Shown: in pieces, positions 42,179-56,683 of the stretch
How positions within the stretch are numbered: position 1 is the stretch's first letter
Layout: every line of letters starts with the position of its first letter
Source: Eledone cirrhosa
Lineage: Eukaryota
Length of the DNA stretch: 64,000 nucleotides
Reading direction: 5' to 3'
Assembly (NCBI GenBank): GCA_964016885.1
Contig: OZ024743.1
Coordinates: 39,060,001-39,124,000 of the forward strand
Position numbers and translations under genes: made by a program
Notes under the pieces: model-generated
Database searches by the model: none
What the model was told of the DNA's origin: nothing
What the model saw: the letters and a program-made list of their open reading frames with translations, nothing else

Positions 42179-42599
42179 TAATATTAATAATAATATTAAT
42201 AATAATAATATCCGTTTACAATTGTTTCGCCACTCCATATAATATTAATAATAATATTAATATAATAATTTAATAATAATATTAATAATAATAATGTCCG
42301 TTTACAATTGTTTCGCTACTCCATACATTATTTCTGGATCAGATGACTATATATCATAATTGATCTGCTTCAGTTGAAAATAATGAACATATTTAAAAGA
42401 CAAAGCGGCTCATCAGAACTTCAAAGGAATATAAATTATAATAATGAGAGAATGTTACATAATATAATGTTCCATATACTGGTTTTTACTATGGTGTCTT
42501 GGTTGCATCAGTTGTCAGCCATAATGAAGCAGTATTCATCTGTCGATGCTGCATTGTGTGAGATCTGCCTATGGGTAACAAGATGGCTGCCAAAGGGCA

Positions 42600-44095
42600 T
42601 ATTTACCTTACTATTTAGAGGGTGGTTTCAGGGGAAGTAACTCCTCGAGAGATTAGAAATTGTGGGTGTTTATAGTTAAGTGCTAATATTTAAATTTGTT
42701 TAATTGTGAGACAATGCAGGGTAGGTAACTTATAATTATCCAAGTTGTTCATAGCAATTTAACTTATTAGCTACAAGTAAAAATGGGGCTACATGACTAG
42801 GTTGGGTCAAATATGCTATTGGCGAAGGAATTAGCCCTTCGATGTTGACAGCTAATAGTTACCTCCGTTCTATCGTTAATCGGTAGAGGTCGTGATAGAG
42901 TTATGTAATATGCTTCCGTAATACAGAGATCACAAGATTTTCTTCGTCCATTGAACGGTTGGGCCCTAGTCACGATATCCCATTTTAGTGAGTGTTGAAC
43001 GTTGTTTAATTTAAGGTTTTTAATGAGCCTAGCTAGCGATGTGGAACATCTGTTGCTAGGGTCTCGGAAGGAAAAAGAGTAAGCGTTATAGCGTACCTTA
43101 AAAGGGTTAGAGGTAGAACCGATATTAAGAGCTGGCATTCGAATCAGTTTTAACCGTGCACCTATAGACTATGTTGGGTGTCAGGCAGTGTCCATTTAAT
43201 GGGCATGCATTGGGGGTAACGGCAGTTGCAGTTGCTTCTGCGGTTAGTGAGAGTAGGGTAGTTTAACCTAAGCGGTAGGTCCGTGCTAGAAGGATTAGAT
43301 GGGGAAGGTTTGCTACTAGAGTATTTATTGGTGTAGTGGCGTGGTGTATTTGATAGGGCCGGTGGTACCGCGGTGTGGGTTATACTGTCTTAGCTTATGA
43401 TGGTTATTGAATGCGATGTGGCTAGATAGGTTAGGTGTTGTGGAGAATGAGATTTTAATGTTATTTTTATTAAAGAGTTTGTAATATATGTGGTTGGGGG
43501 TGGGGGGTGTTAAGATAGGATAGAGAAGAAGCGTTTGGGGATATTAGGGGCTAGATTAGATGAGAATGGGGGGTTATGCCAGGTGATATTTCTAGGTCTA
43601 TTCCTTCTAGGGGTTCTAGTGGAGGTGGTAGGGGCCTTCCTAGGGTTAGTATTACCTGGGGATTTGTTATTTCTCATCCCATGTCTCATTCCTATTCTAG
43701 GGTTGATTTTTAGCTGCTACTTGGAGTGGGGAGCAGGCCGCTGCAACCATTGACTTTCCCTGTATAGGTGCTGTTACTGCTAAAATTCCGGCGAATCTGG
43801 CTATATGCTGAGGTATTTCTAGTTCTAGTTTTAAGTTTATTATGGTGAATTGGTGTGTAATGGCATTTAGGTATGTAATAAATTCATTGTTCATAACCAG
43901 ATTCAGAAAGAGCCTTATTATAATATTGTGCGTGGTTTTTAAATATCTCCTCATTTGCTGATAGCATTGAGATGCTATATGAGATAGATTTGATTACTGC
44001 TCTGATGACTGCCGGTGGGTGGGTAGAGTGTGGGCTAATATATGTCAGTATTTCCCCTTACCATAAACCAGGTGAAATACGCTTTGGCTTCTAAC
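42600..44095 (-). mobile_element. Degenerate 5'-truncated Naiad-type PLE
   Basis: YISPHSTHPP, ITWHNPPFS, CNCR..NACPLNGHC, IGSTSNPFKVRY..CDLCITEAYYI..CQHR ending 42797. Confidence 0.85.
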
Positions 44096-44168
44096 TATTT
44101 CTCCAACCTCTCCTCTCATATCTCCTCTCCTATCTCCATCTCTCTCTTTAAGATTGGTTACTCTTGAA

Positions 44169-44620
<452 letters not shown>

Positions 44621-44626
44621 CATATA

Positions 44627-44971
44627 TCTTCTATATATATAAAAGTGAGGATGTGCGTGTCTGTGTACACATTTGGATACCTAAGTATTTTACAATTACC
44701 AACTGAATTTGACTAAATTTTCTGTGCCCGTTGCACAGGTCGCTAAGATGGTAACATCACAAACATTTATTTAAATCGACCCACGTTGAGCAATAAGAAA
44801 TGGATATCAAAATTATCGGTAGCAAAATTGATCTAAAGGAGATAACCAACTTTATTGACAGAAATATAAATATGAGATACATTTGAAGATAAATCACTAA
44901 TATTATCGCTTGTTTATTGTCTATACTTTGTTGCATTTCAAACCCCGTGTAACGCCGGGTAAATCTGCTAG
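44627..44971 (+). mobile_element. Non-autonomous Helitron-like element
   Basis: 5' end A|TCttctatatatataaaagtg; 3' GC hairpin cccgtgtaacgccggg followed by CTAG|T. Confidence 0.7.
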
Positions 44972-45168
44972 TATATATATATATATAATAAATATATTTA
45001 AATATATATATATATACATATATGCATGTATTTATATATATATATATACATATATATATGTATATATATATATATAATATGTATATATATAAATATATAT
45101 ATATATATATGTATACATAAATATATTTATATACATACATATATATATACATAAATATATTTGTATAC

Positions 45169-45205
<37 letters not shown>

Positions 45206-45241
45206 AATATATTTATATACATAAATATATTTATATACATA

Positions 45242-45333
<92 letters not shown>

Positions 45334-45533
45334 GAGAAGAAAGAAGAATACTGCGTGGTTGCACATGGGTTACATATGATAAAATTAGTCCCTCGTCAGT
45401 GATTTGCCAACCATCATTGATATTTCATCGCATTCAAAATCATACACCTCTGGTAGGTGCGAGCAATAACTAAAATAAGCTATTGGGACAAGTAAATCGC
45501 GAAAAGCGAGTGGGACAAGTAAACAACATAGAA

Positions 45534-45627
<94 letters not shown>

Positions 45628-46081
45628 GGGAGAAATTAGCTAAAACCCAAAGCTTTTCCAGGAGCCAAAATTTCTGCAAATTGTGTAATCTTGAGATATA
45701 TTACATAATCACACACAAGAAGAAACTGCTGAATAACAGAATTGAACGAACATTATTCTGCCGTCACAGAACTAAAACCCTTTTTTCCCACTACAAGCCG
45801 AATATTACATAAAAGAGAGACATCCCCCAACTATATAAACCTTAATCTAGTTAGAAAAATATAAAAACTATCTCTTCTCAACATATATTAATAACCTTAA
45901 ATTACCACACTAATAATGGAAAGATATGCTGATGAGAATAGGTGCAAATATGCGATAATGAATGTGTCTAAAAACGTCCATAAGTATGTATATATATGTG
46001 AAAATGTATATAAATAAGTAAATATATATATATGTTTGATGTGTATAGTTAGATGTAAGTGTATTCATGTATTAAAGTGCT

Positions 46082-46141
<60 letters not shown>

Positions 46142-46697
46142 ATATGTGTATATAGATGTGTATGTATGTGTATGTGTGTACACATGGACTAGAGTATGTA
46201 TGTATATATGTGTGTGTCTATACGTGTGTATATAAAGATAAGTTGAGTATGAAAATGTATACACACGAGCGCGTATGTATGTACATGAATACATGTGTGT
46301 ATATATATGTGTATGCATGTGTATATATATGTAAGTATGAATATGTGAATTGTGAGTTTATGTATCTTGTAGAGGTGTGCAAATATATTTGTGTGTGAAT
46401 GCGTGGGTGAAAGGATACGTACACTTGAAAGAAAAATTTAAGTCTGAATGTTAATTAAGTGCAAACACAAAACCAACCACGCATATCTTTACTATCTCTA
46501 ATCCTTCTATAGATTTAGAAAAATAACCAATAATATATTCTATAAAAAATGTCAAAACAACAGATGGGAATCTAATTACTCACTGCCACCAAGAATTCTC
46601 ACTGCTATCGAAAAACCACTCCTTCAACTATTCTTCTAACAACTTCACCCCTCCCTCCTAATATTCTCTATAAAAACTAAATAGGTCCTCAGTAATA

Positions 46698-46817
46698 TTA
46701 TTCCGATGAAATGACAGTAAATAATAACATTGAAATATTGAATGTCTGCATAACTAAAAGTGTGTAGATAGCAGCTGTTTTAGGTTATGTAACTGTTATA
46801 GAAACACGTGTCAATAA
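46698..46817 (+). ncRNA. Type I HHR with CCGATGA core and branched loop II, ~200 nt upstream of the PLE ATG
   Basis: ttatt CCGATGA aatgacagt..actgttata GAAA cacgt GTC aataa; palindromic stem III ACACGTGT. Confidence 0.8.
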
Positions 46818-47021
46818 ATTCCTTTCAACTAAACTGTATCCATTCAAATCTTTCTATTTTTCTCCGGATTACTTTTGGAACTACAACTGGAACCGTCGAG
46901 CAAACTCTACGTGAGCTGATAATCTACTGTGTGTAATATTTATATTACAACACAACGGAAAATACTGTATATTTACCTCCTGTAAAGTCGAGCAACCCAC
47001 ACAGCAAACGCAACCACAACA

Positions 47022-49344
47022 ATGGAAAAACACAATCTGGATATGTCACTCAAAAACATACCAACCCAAGGTAGAAAGGAATATTTGTTGAGTATGATTC
47101 AAAAAACTAATGAATTCCTTCGACGTGTCAGGTGGAAAACGCTCCACTATGATAGAAGCCGTATGAACTCAACATTAGAAAGTGGTGTAAACAACAAATT
47201 CGGTTTTAGGACTTGTAAAAACCCACCCACCAACCCACTATTAGATGCATTTGAGCAGGACCTTATGAACTTAATCCTTAAAATTAAATTCAAAGGACGC
47301 AACACCAGCAGCAAATTACAGAAAGATATAAAAATACTACTGGACGACCTTAAAAACACCAAAGGAATTGTAGTAAAAGCGGACAAAACATCAAACCTGT
47401 ACACTATGGATTGCACTACATACAACAACTTCATTCGAAAAGAATTACATAAAAAATATAGAAAAACGAGTGAAGTAACCCTTAAGCACATCAATGATGA
47501 GGCATGCGAAATAGTGAAAAATCTCGGAATCGAAGATAGGACAGGACCACTCTTACCGGCGGTACCCACCTTCAATCTTAAGGACCACAAGGTAAACTTT
47601 GATAATGACCCTAAAATTAGATTAATCTGCCCCTCTAAATCAGATATAGGTAAAATAAGCAAATATATCTTAGATAGAATCATCCCCCAAATTAAGGCTA
47701 AGGTTAACATTAAACTCTGGGGGAAGACCCAAGAAGCAATAAGATGGTTTAATAGCATTAGCAATAAGAATAAATCTAAGTTTATCCAGTTTGATATCGA
47801 TGAATATTACTCATCGATATCACCTGAAACTTTGAATAGAGCCATTAAGTTTGCTAAGGATAACTGTGACCTTACAAACGATGAAATTAAGATTATATTA
47901 GAAGCTAGGAAAACTATAGTCAAATTTGAGAACAGTTATTGGGTACGTAAAGATAGACCCTCTAACTTTGACATAACAATGGGCTCTAACGATTCGGCGG
48001 AAATAACTGATATTGTGGGGTTATTTATCGCCTTTAGACTCCAGGAAAAATTCAGCAATCTCCACGGCGGAATATACCGCGACGATGTTCTCCTCCTAGC
48101 TAAAAACCTTAATAACCAAAAACTAGAAAAGCTACGCAAAGATATAAGAAAACTACTACTCGAAATAGGACTAAATATAACATATGAATACAACCTTAAA
48201 GTAGTTAACTTCCTGGATGTCACACTCAATTTAAACTCTGGTTTGATTAAACCGTTTCATAAATTGAATGAAAATCTCAAATACGTAAATGTTGGGTCTA
48301 ACCACCCCATCTCTATAATTAAATCTATCCCTAAAAATATTTCCCTTAGAATCTCGGGTCTATCTTCTAACATACAAGTATTTAAGGAACACGCCGAGTA
48401 CTACGATAACGCCCTTAGTAAAGCAGGCTACCTCAACAAAATAGAGTACATAGATGGGAACAATCAAAACACCCAAAATAAATCCCACATAGGTAGATAT
48501 AATAACACAACACCAAACCACACTTACTACCATAGTATGCACACCAGTAAACCAACAAACAAAACTAATAGAAAGCGATGCAAAGAGTACTTATGGTATA
48601 ACCCCGAATACAATAGTTCCATTAGTACAAATTTAACAGTACTCTTCTTTAAAATAATTAAAAGACATTTTCCTACATCACACAAATACCACAAAATCCT
48701 AAACCCTACCACTATAAGACTGTCATACTCTACAGCGTTAAACCTTGAACAACACATAAAAAAGATCAATACTAGAAGGTTAAACGAAGACACTAAAAAC
48801 TTAAGTACAAAGAACACAAAAAAAACAGTAGACAATACACTACAGAACATAAATAAACCACACCTAAGTTCGTCCGCAATACTACTCCAGAGAAAACCCA
48901 ACGTACACAACTGTAACTGCACCTATCCTGACAACTGCCCCCTCGGCAATAACTGCCTGGAGAAAAATAATATTTATAAGTGTACCATTAAATCCGGAGG
49001 CAACGAGTGATATTACGTGGGATCAACGGCAACATCGTTTAAATCTCGATTGTATAGGCATTCTTACTCAATAAAACACCAGAGCCAAAGAAATGTAACA
49101 ACTTTGGCAGAAAAAGCTTGGACGCTCAGGGATAGCGATCAAAAGTTTACCCTAAAATGGGAGAAATTAGCTAAAACCCAAAGCTTTTCCAGGAGCCAAA
49201 ATTTCTGCAAATTGTGTAATCTTGAGATTTATTACATAATCACACACAAGAAGAAACTGCTGAATAACAGAATTGAACGAACATTATTCTGCCGTCACAG
49301 AACTAAAACCCTTTTTTTCCCACTACAAGCCGAATATTACATAA
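47022..49344 (+). CDS. PLE polyprotein (RT, CxCx5Cx5C linker, GIY-YIG endonuclease), ~770 aa, with one in-frame TGA (49008) and one extra T in a homopolymer (~49312)
   Basis: SLKNIP, KADKT, LKDHK..RLICPSKSDIG, FDIDEYYSSI, TMGSNDSAEITDIVG, IYRDD, FLDVTL, CNCTYPDNCPLGNNC, IY..YVGST, CKLCNLE, CRHR. The upstream copy gives the unshifted C-terminus LFSHYKPNIT*. Confidence 0.9.
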
Positions 49345-49611
49345 AAGAGAGACATCCCCCAACTATATAAACCTTAATCTAGTTAGAAAAATATAAAAAC
49401 TATCTCTTCTCAACATATATTAATAACCTTAAATTACCACACTAATAATGGAAAGATATGCTGATGAGAATAGGTGCAAATATGCGATAATGAATGAGTC
49501 TAAAAACGTCCATAAGTATGTATATATATGTGAAAATGTATATAAATAAGTAAATATATATATACGTTTGATGTGTATAGTTAGATGTAAGTGTATTCAT
49601 GTATTAAAGTG

Positions 49612-49673
<62 letters not shown>

Positions 49674-49941
49674 GTATGTATATATGTGTATATAGATGTG
49701 TATGTATGTGTATGTGTGTACACATGGACTAGAGTATGTATATATGTGTGTGTCTATACGTGTGTATATAAAGATAAGTTAAGTATGAAAATGTATACAC
49801 ATGAGCGCGTATGTATGTACATGAATACATGTGTGTATATATGTGTGTATGCATGTGTATATATATGTATGTATATATATAAGTATATATATATATATGT
49901 ATATATATATGTATATATATATATATGTATATATATATATG

Positions 49942-50005
<64 letters not shown>

Positions 50006-50067
50006 CATGCATGTATGTATATATATATGTATATATATATATATATATGTATACAAGTATATATATT

Positions 50068-50157
<90 letters not shown>

Positions 50158-50160
<3 letters not shown>

Positions 50161-52285
50161 TTAGAAACACACAGATACATGCGGACACACACATATACAT
50201 GAATGCATCCACATCCAACCGTGAGTTAATGGTGCCAACCTTACCGATGTTGCTCAATGAATGACTGGGACAGACCTATCCGGTTGAACTAGACTGAACC
50301 AGTATCAGAGTTAAAAATACATTATGAAGAGAGAAGGAACATTTAGATATAATTAGTAATAAAATGTATCATACCTAAACTGCTCCTAGATTCCTCGACT
50401 ACGTAGTTTCGTGGCATAAAAAAAACAGTGCATCATAAAGATATAGAGCCCTTGCGAGGTCTGCCGACTTATCAAGAGGATACCTCATTTTACTAGCTTC
50501 AAGAACGCGTCTACACGACGTGAGAAAGAATCCCAAAAGGCGGAGGGGAGATAGTCACGCGATATAACGGTCGAGAAACAGAGCTAAGCCTCTTATAACC
50601 CCGAAGAAAATACCCCGGAGGCGGAGGGGTTATTTATATCGAAGCCGTAGAAGAGGTGGTAAAGGAGGCGAGAAGTATGAGTAATGGCAGCTTTCCAGCG
50701 GTCACAACACTTCAAAGATTACTCGACCAGAGGGAGTTATGAACAATATATTTAGAAACACACAGATACATGCGGACACACACATATACATGAATGCATC
50801 CACATCCAACCGTGAGTTAATGGTGCCAACCATACCGATGTTGCTCAATGAATGACTGGGACAGACCAATCCGGTTGAACTAGACTGAACCAGTATGAGA
50901 GTTAAAAATACATTATGATGAGAGAAGAAACATTTAGATATAATTAGTAATAACATGTATCATACCTAAACTGCTCCTAGATTCCTCGACTACGTAGTTT
51001 CGTGGCATAAACAAAAACAGTACATCATAAAGATATAGAGCCCTTGCGAGGTCTGCCAACTTATCAAGAGGATACCTCATTTTACTAGCTTCAAGAACGC
51101 GTCTACACGACGTGAGAAAGGAAATCCCAAAAGGCGGAGGGGGAGATAGTCACGCGGTATAACGGTCGAGAAACAGAGCTAAGCCTCTTATAACCCCGAA
51201 GAAAATACCACGGAGGCGGAGGGGGTATTTATATCGAAGCCGTAGAAGAGGTGGTAAAGGAGGCGAGAAGTGTGAGTAATGGCAGCTTTTCAGCAGTCAC
51301 CACACTTCAAAGATTACTCGACCAGAGGGACTTATGAACAATATATTTAGAAACACACAGATACATGCGGACACACACATATACATGAATGCATCCACAT
51401 CCAACCGTGAGTTAATGGTGCCAACCTTACCGATGTTGCTCAATGAATGACTGGGACAGACCAATCCGGTTGAACTAGACTGAACCAGTATCAGAGTTAA
51501 AAATACATTATGAGGAGAGAAGGAACATTTAGATATAATTAGTAATAAAATGTATCATACCTAAACTGCTCCTAGATTCCTCGACTACGTAGTTTCGTGG
51601 CATAAACAAAAACAGTACATCATAAAGATATAGAGCCCTTGGGAGGTCTGCCGACTTATAAAGCCGACTTATAATGCCGACTTAATAATGTATTTTTAAC
51701 TCTGATACTGGTTCAGTCTAGTTCAACCGGATTGGTCTGTCCCAGTCATTCATTGAGCAACATCGGTAAGGTTGGCACCATTAACTCACGGTTGGATGTG
51801 ATGCATTCATGTATATGTGTGTGTCCGCATGTATCTGTGTGTTTCTAAATATATTGTTCATAACTCCCTCTGGTCGAGTAATCTTTGAAGTGTGGTGACT
51901 GCTGGAAAGCTGCCATTACACATACTTCTCGCCTCCTTTACCACCTCTTCTACAGCTTCGATATAAATACCTCCTCCGCCTCCGTGGTATTTTCTTCGGG
52001 GTTATAAGAGGCTTAGCTCTGTTTCTCGACCGTTATATCGCGTGACTATCTCCCCCTCCGCCTTTTTGGATTCTTTCTCACGTCGTGTAGACGCGTTCTT
52101 GAAGCTAGTAAAATGAGATATCCTCTTGATAAGTCGGCAGACCTCGCAAGGGCTCTATATCTTTATGATGTACTGTTTTTGTTTATGCCACAAATCTACG
52201 TAGTCGAGGAATCTAGGAGCATTTTAGGTATGATACATTTCATTACTAATTATATCTAAATGTTCCTTCTCTCTTCATAATGTAT
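50158..52285. mobile_element. Retrozyme-like array: ~591-bp units, 2.5 on minus then one inverted unit, in (TA)n
   Basis: Unit markers at 50161, 50752 and 51347; inverted unit 51685-52285; one HHR per unit; no ORF. Confidence 0.9.
50392..50480 (-). ncRNA. Type I HHR with U3-A8 core (also 50983-51072 on minus, truncated 51578-51659 on minus, mutated 52121-52210 on plus)
   Basis: tcctc TTGATAA gtcggca..tgccac GAAA ctacgta GTC gagga; palindromic stem III ACTACGTAGT. Confidence 0.82.
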
Positions 52286-52288
52286 ATA

Positions 52289-52345
<57 letters not shown>

Positions 52346-52349
52346 TGAG

Positions 52350-54440
52350 ATTTTGAGTATATGTTGGTTGTATACCAACACCTCAGTATGCAGGCTGGAG
52401 CACTCGACGAAGTGCGCAGGTTGGATTTGGTTACTCCTGAATAATGTAAAATAAAGCTAAATAAAAAGTAAAATGATTAAAATTTAGCTTCGTTTATTAC
52501 TGCTATATATATTTCAGTGACAGCCATCTTTGGTTGTGACCTCTTCAGGAAGTTTGAATTAGTGTGGTATAGACAAGTACATATGTTGTTGAGGTGTATA
52601 ATGTTGTCAATACTCTGACATGCCCAGTTCCTGGTTGGGTTGTTATTTCACTGAGGAACTGGAATCATATGCATTCAAACAAACGGATTTCAGTGTCAAA
52701 GGCCTCTTTTCCTCTCATTGGTCAGTTATTAGAACATTCCTCATTCTAAGTGTTGTTATTGTTGGAGTTAGCTTTAAAAATTGATAAAGTGGTAGAAGGG
52801 ACAAGGTGTTAAAGGAACAAAATAACAAAACAAGTTTCAAACTTCCCTTTGGTCAGTTCTGAGAGCATTCCTCAGTCAGAAATCTATAGAATTCTTTTTG
52901 GGGTGAGGCTCCCTGTAATGTGTGTGTGCTATTGTTAACTACATTTGACCTGTACCACTATTTTAGTAGTGTTGTTGGTGTTGTGGTCAGCTTATGTCTT
53001 GCAGCTGCTGACAATTAGAAGTATCCAGTGTGTGTTTTTTCTTCACCCTTCCTGCCACCATCTCTCATAGTGGTGGTGGTGGGGGTGGGGTTGGGGGGCG
53101 GGGGGGGGGGGGGTAATTCCATGTATATGAAGAAATATGAGGCAATAAATGAAGAAAACAGAAAATAAAGAATATAATAAAATAATTAATATAATTTGTA
53201 TAATTTAAAAATAAATAAATAGAGAATAAAGAATAAAGAATAAATGAAAAATTGGTGAAAAAGTAATGAAAATGAATATGGAGAAGTGAAAAATAATGTA
53301 GGATAAAGTGTGTGTGCTATAACCAATCTCAAAGTCAGAAATATGTTGGATAGATTGGTATGAGAAACAAGATGTTAAAATAGGATAATCAAACAAAATG
53401 TCTTGTGTTATAATCAATCTCAACTTAAAAATTAATATAAGGTGATACAGTGATGAGGGCAGAAAACAAATAACAAATTAATAAGGAGAAATCAAGATTT
53501 AAAATTGGAACTTGAAAATCAGAAATCAAGTACATTAAAAAATGTTTGTGTTATATAGATCTTGGCCAAATTATAATGGCTGTGTCCGATTCAATCTCTA
53601 GGCTATCATGATGTCTGCTCAGCCTGGGTTGTTCCCTAGGGCTTGAGGGGAGTTCACAACCTAGGGTGTTGTTACTACCCATATAGCTTGAGGGAGGTCT
53701 GGCCGAGAGGTGTTTACATGTTCTGTAGAAGTCCCTATAGCTTGAGGGGAGTTCACATCTTCTTGTGTTGCTACTGTCCATATATCTTGAGGAAAGTCCC
53801 GGCTCTAAGGTGCCTGCATGTCCCGAAGAAGTCGGTTCTGAGGTTTATCAGGCCGCTTCCACCTCTTAGTATCTCGAGGGTCTCATTCAGGCATAGTTTG
53901 CATATGCAAAATCCCCCTTTATCGGGTGGTACTTTCCTGATTATGTACCAGGACAGAGAGTACGGGGTCCTGTCCAGCTTAAGCTTCCAGATCAGGTTGG
54001 AGAGAGCCGTGCTTTTCCTTTTGGCCTCCTTATTGAATGAATCGCAATGGTTGTACCAGCGGTCTTTAAAGCTCGTTGATTTGGCTCCTATGTAGAGGTG
54101 TTCGGAGTTGGGCGTTTTAACCCTACAACCGTATACTAGGTTCTTCTTGAGGCATTCATTACCAAGGGGGCATGATTCGGGGTTTCTGCAGTTGCAGAGG
54201 GTGGTCGGCCTCTGCGTGTCTAGATTACGGTTCCCGTTATGTGTTAAATGTTGGTCTTCCCCGAAGCTCGGTGGGGGGGGCACCAGGTCTGTTTGGGTTT
54301 CTTGGGTGGGCTCTGGGTCCCCCCTTCCCCCCTTTCACATGGTTCTACTGAGTGTTTGTATTGCCATCTTCAGGTTGTGTGTGGTTTTTAAGCCTACTCA
54401 TGTTGATGCTAGCTATGTGTTGGGCCAATATGAAGGAATT
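52350..54440 (-). mobile_element. 5'-truncated Naiad-type PLE (GIY-YIG ORF 53771-54283, 3' UTR and pLTR)
   Basis: CNCRNPESCPLGNEC..VY..YIGAKSTSFKDRW..CKLCLNE..CRH; HHR at 52499-52553. Confidence 0.85.
52499..52553 (-). ncRNA. Type I HHR
   Basis: acttc CTGAAGA ggtcacaacc aaagat ggctgtcact GAAA tatata TA gcagt. Confidence 0.7.
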
Positions 54441-54459
54441 GGTGTCAGTTATAACTTTA

Positions 54460-56036
54460 CATTCGTAAAAAACAAAACAGAAAAAAATTTAATCTACGAA
54501 TGTAAAGTTATAACTGACACCAATTCCTTTACCTATTTTGGCTCCACTTCCATCTCCTTTAAAGCTCGTCTTTATAATCATCATCCGACTTAAATACCAA
54601 CTTAAAAGAGAACCAACACGGCACTCTCAGAACTCATAAGGTCCTTGAAAGACAAACATATTAACTATAACATCTCTTGGAAGAAGTTTTGTTCTGCTTC
54701 TCCATACTTCAATAGTTCTCTATACATGCAATCTCTGTTTATGTGAACAATTTACCATTATATCTAATTTAGATTCTATAATAAATAGACGCACTGACTT
54801 GTTTTCTCTCTGCTTGCATAAATTCCACAGAACATTCCTAAAGTATACAGATAATTTCTAATACTTTATCAATTTAAAATCCTTTTTCTCAAAGGCACAC
54901 ATATATATATACATATATATTCCTTTAAAAATATACCCATCTTTCTACCTTATTTCAATGTTATTTATTATATATTATACAATACTAATTACTCATTCTA
55001 TATCACTCCTATTTATCACTTCCCTTTCTTTCTTTTTTCCTTTTCTCTTTCCATTTTTTCATTTTCTTTTAATTTCTAACCCCTAATCTGTACCTTTCTT
55101 CCTAGAAACTTCTCAATTATCATTGTGCCTAACGTAGAAACAATTATTACTCAGCACAATATATTCTTACTTTATATCACCTTGAAAAAATCCTTCGTAA
55201 ACATAAATATGTTTTTGACGTTAGATTATTCATCCTCAATTCATTATTTGTTTCTCCCTTTCATGCTCATCTAACTTATACATATTACACTTATTCATCC
55301 ACTCTTCTACTTCTTTCACAATAAAATCCTTAATTACATTACTATTGCTATATTTTTATATTTTTTAATAATACATATCAACAATTTCTTTCCATCGCAC
55401 ATATTATTAAACCCCTAAATATTATTCTTAATACATATTAACAATTTCTTTTCATCGCACATATTATTAAACCCTTAAATATACAAACCTTAATTTAACA
55501 TTGTTCTATTTTTTTCTCTTCGTTAATTTTCAAATTCTTTTAATTTATGTATTATCTTCCAACGGTTTTTCAACCTCTAATATGTAAAACAATATATTTT
55601 TCTCAGTTATAAAAGCTATCTCTCTCTCTATCACCCATCTCTCCTCCTATCTCATCCTTCTTCATTATACTCCTCCCCCTCCACGTTTTACTCTCGTCTC
55701 CTCCTTTTTGTCACCCCCCCCCCCCCCCACCCCCTCATTTTTTTCCCAATATCACACATCAATCTAAAACTACTTTTCATATGTTGATTTAAAACTGCAC
55801 TATTCACAATTGTGTTTTAACCTTCATATCATGTCTCCCTATTTTATCTGAAGAAAACGCAAATGTTATTGTATGATGATATTTGTTTTTGAAATGCGCA
55901 TAATAAAATACATGGGACTCTTTTAAAAATCTTTTGATCTCATATATTATTTATACTCCAGTCCTACAAACTGTAGAGTGCTACTTATCCGATATCTGCA
56001 TTGCTTTATTGTACTACAATAAAACTCACCTCCTAC
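54460..56036 (+). mobile_element. Short 5'-truncated PLE (GIY-YIG remnant 54480-54862, 3' UTR and pLTR)
   Basis: KNLIYECKVITDTNSFTYFGSTSISFKARLYNH; same family as 62340-64000; HHR at 55841. Confidence 0.8.
55841..55909 (+). ncRNA. Canonical type I HHR
   Basis: attttat CTGAAGA aaacgcaaatgttat..atgatatttgttttt GAAA tgcgc ATA ataaaat; 7-bp stem I; palindrome ATGCGCAT. Confidence 0.88.
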
Positions 56037-56048
56037 ATATATATATAT

Positions 56049-56418
<370 letters not shown>

Positions 56419-56619
56419 TGTGTGCGTGCGCGCGTGTATACATATAATTATATAAAAGTATATAAATAAATAAATACGTATATAACAAGCGCACACACGT
56501 ATCTACATGTAAATACACATATGTTCAGAGACGAACGTCAACCAAAACACAAAGTACACATATACACATCCCCTACCAACCCGCATACTCACACAGACGC
56601 AAAACGCACGTATACACAT

Positions 56620-56660
<41 letters not shown>

Positions 56661-56683
56661 TGTTGCGAGGTTTTTGATATGAA

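Larger units (their letters stand above)
45624..49870 (+). mobile_element. Near-intact Naiad-type PLE in partial-tandem form (upstream ORF end, pLTR with HHR, full ORF, repeated 3' UTR)
   Basis: 45624-46330 is almost identical to 49155-49870; both ends lie in (TA)n. Confidence 0.95.

Noticed and set aside
42355-42420. CTGATGA on the minus strand downstream of the 42797 PLE
   Set aside because: No GAAA or stem II pairing found.
45925-45985. Second HHR in the PLE 3' UTR (tatg CTGATGA..AAAAACGTC cata; also at ~49457)
   Set aside because: GAAA is absent in both copies and stem II is unconvincing.
49008-49010. In-frame TGA in the Naiad ORF as possible selenocysteine (some Naiad PLEs are reported selenoproteins)
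   Set aside because: It aligns with Trp (TGG) in the related 22365 ORF (NSTWNYIG versus GNE*YYVG), not with Cys, so a TGG>TGA nonsense change is simpler. No SECIS was recognised. A family consensus showing fixed TGA would reopen it.
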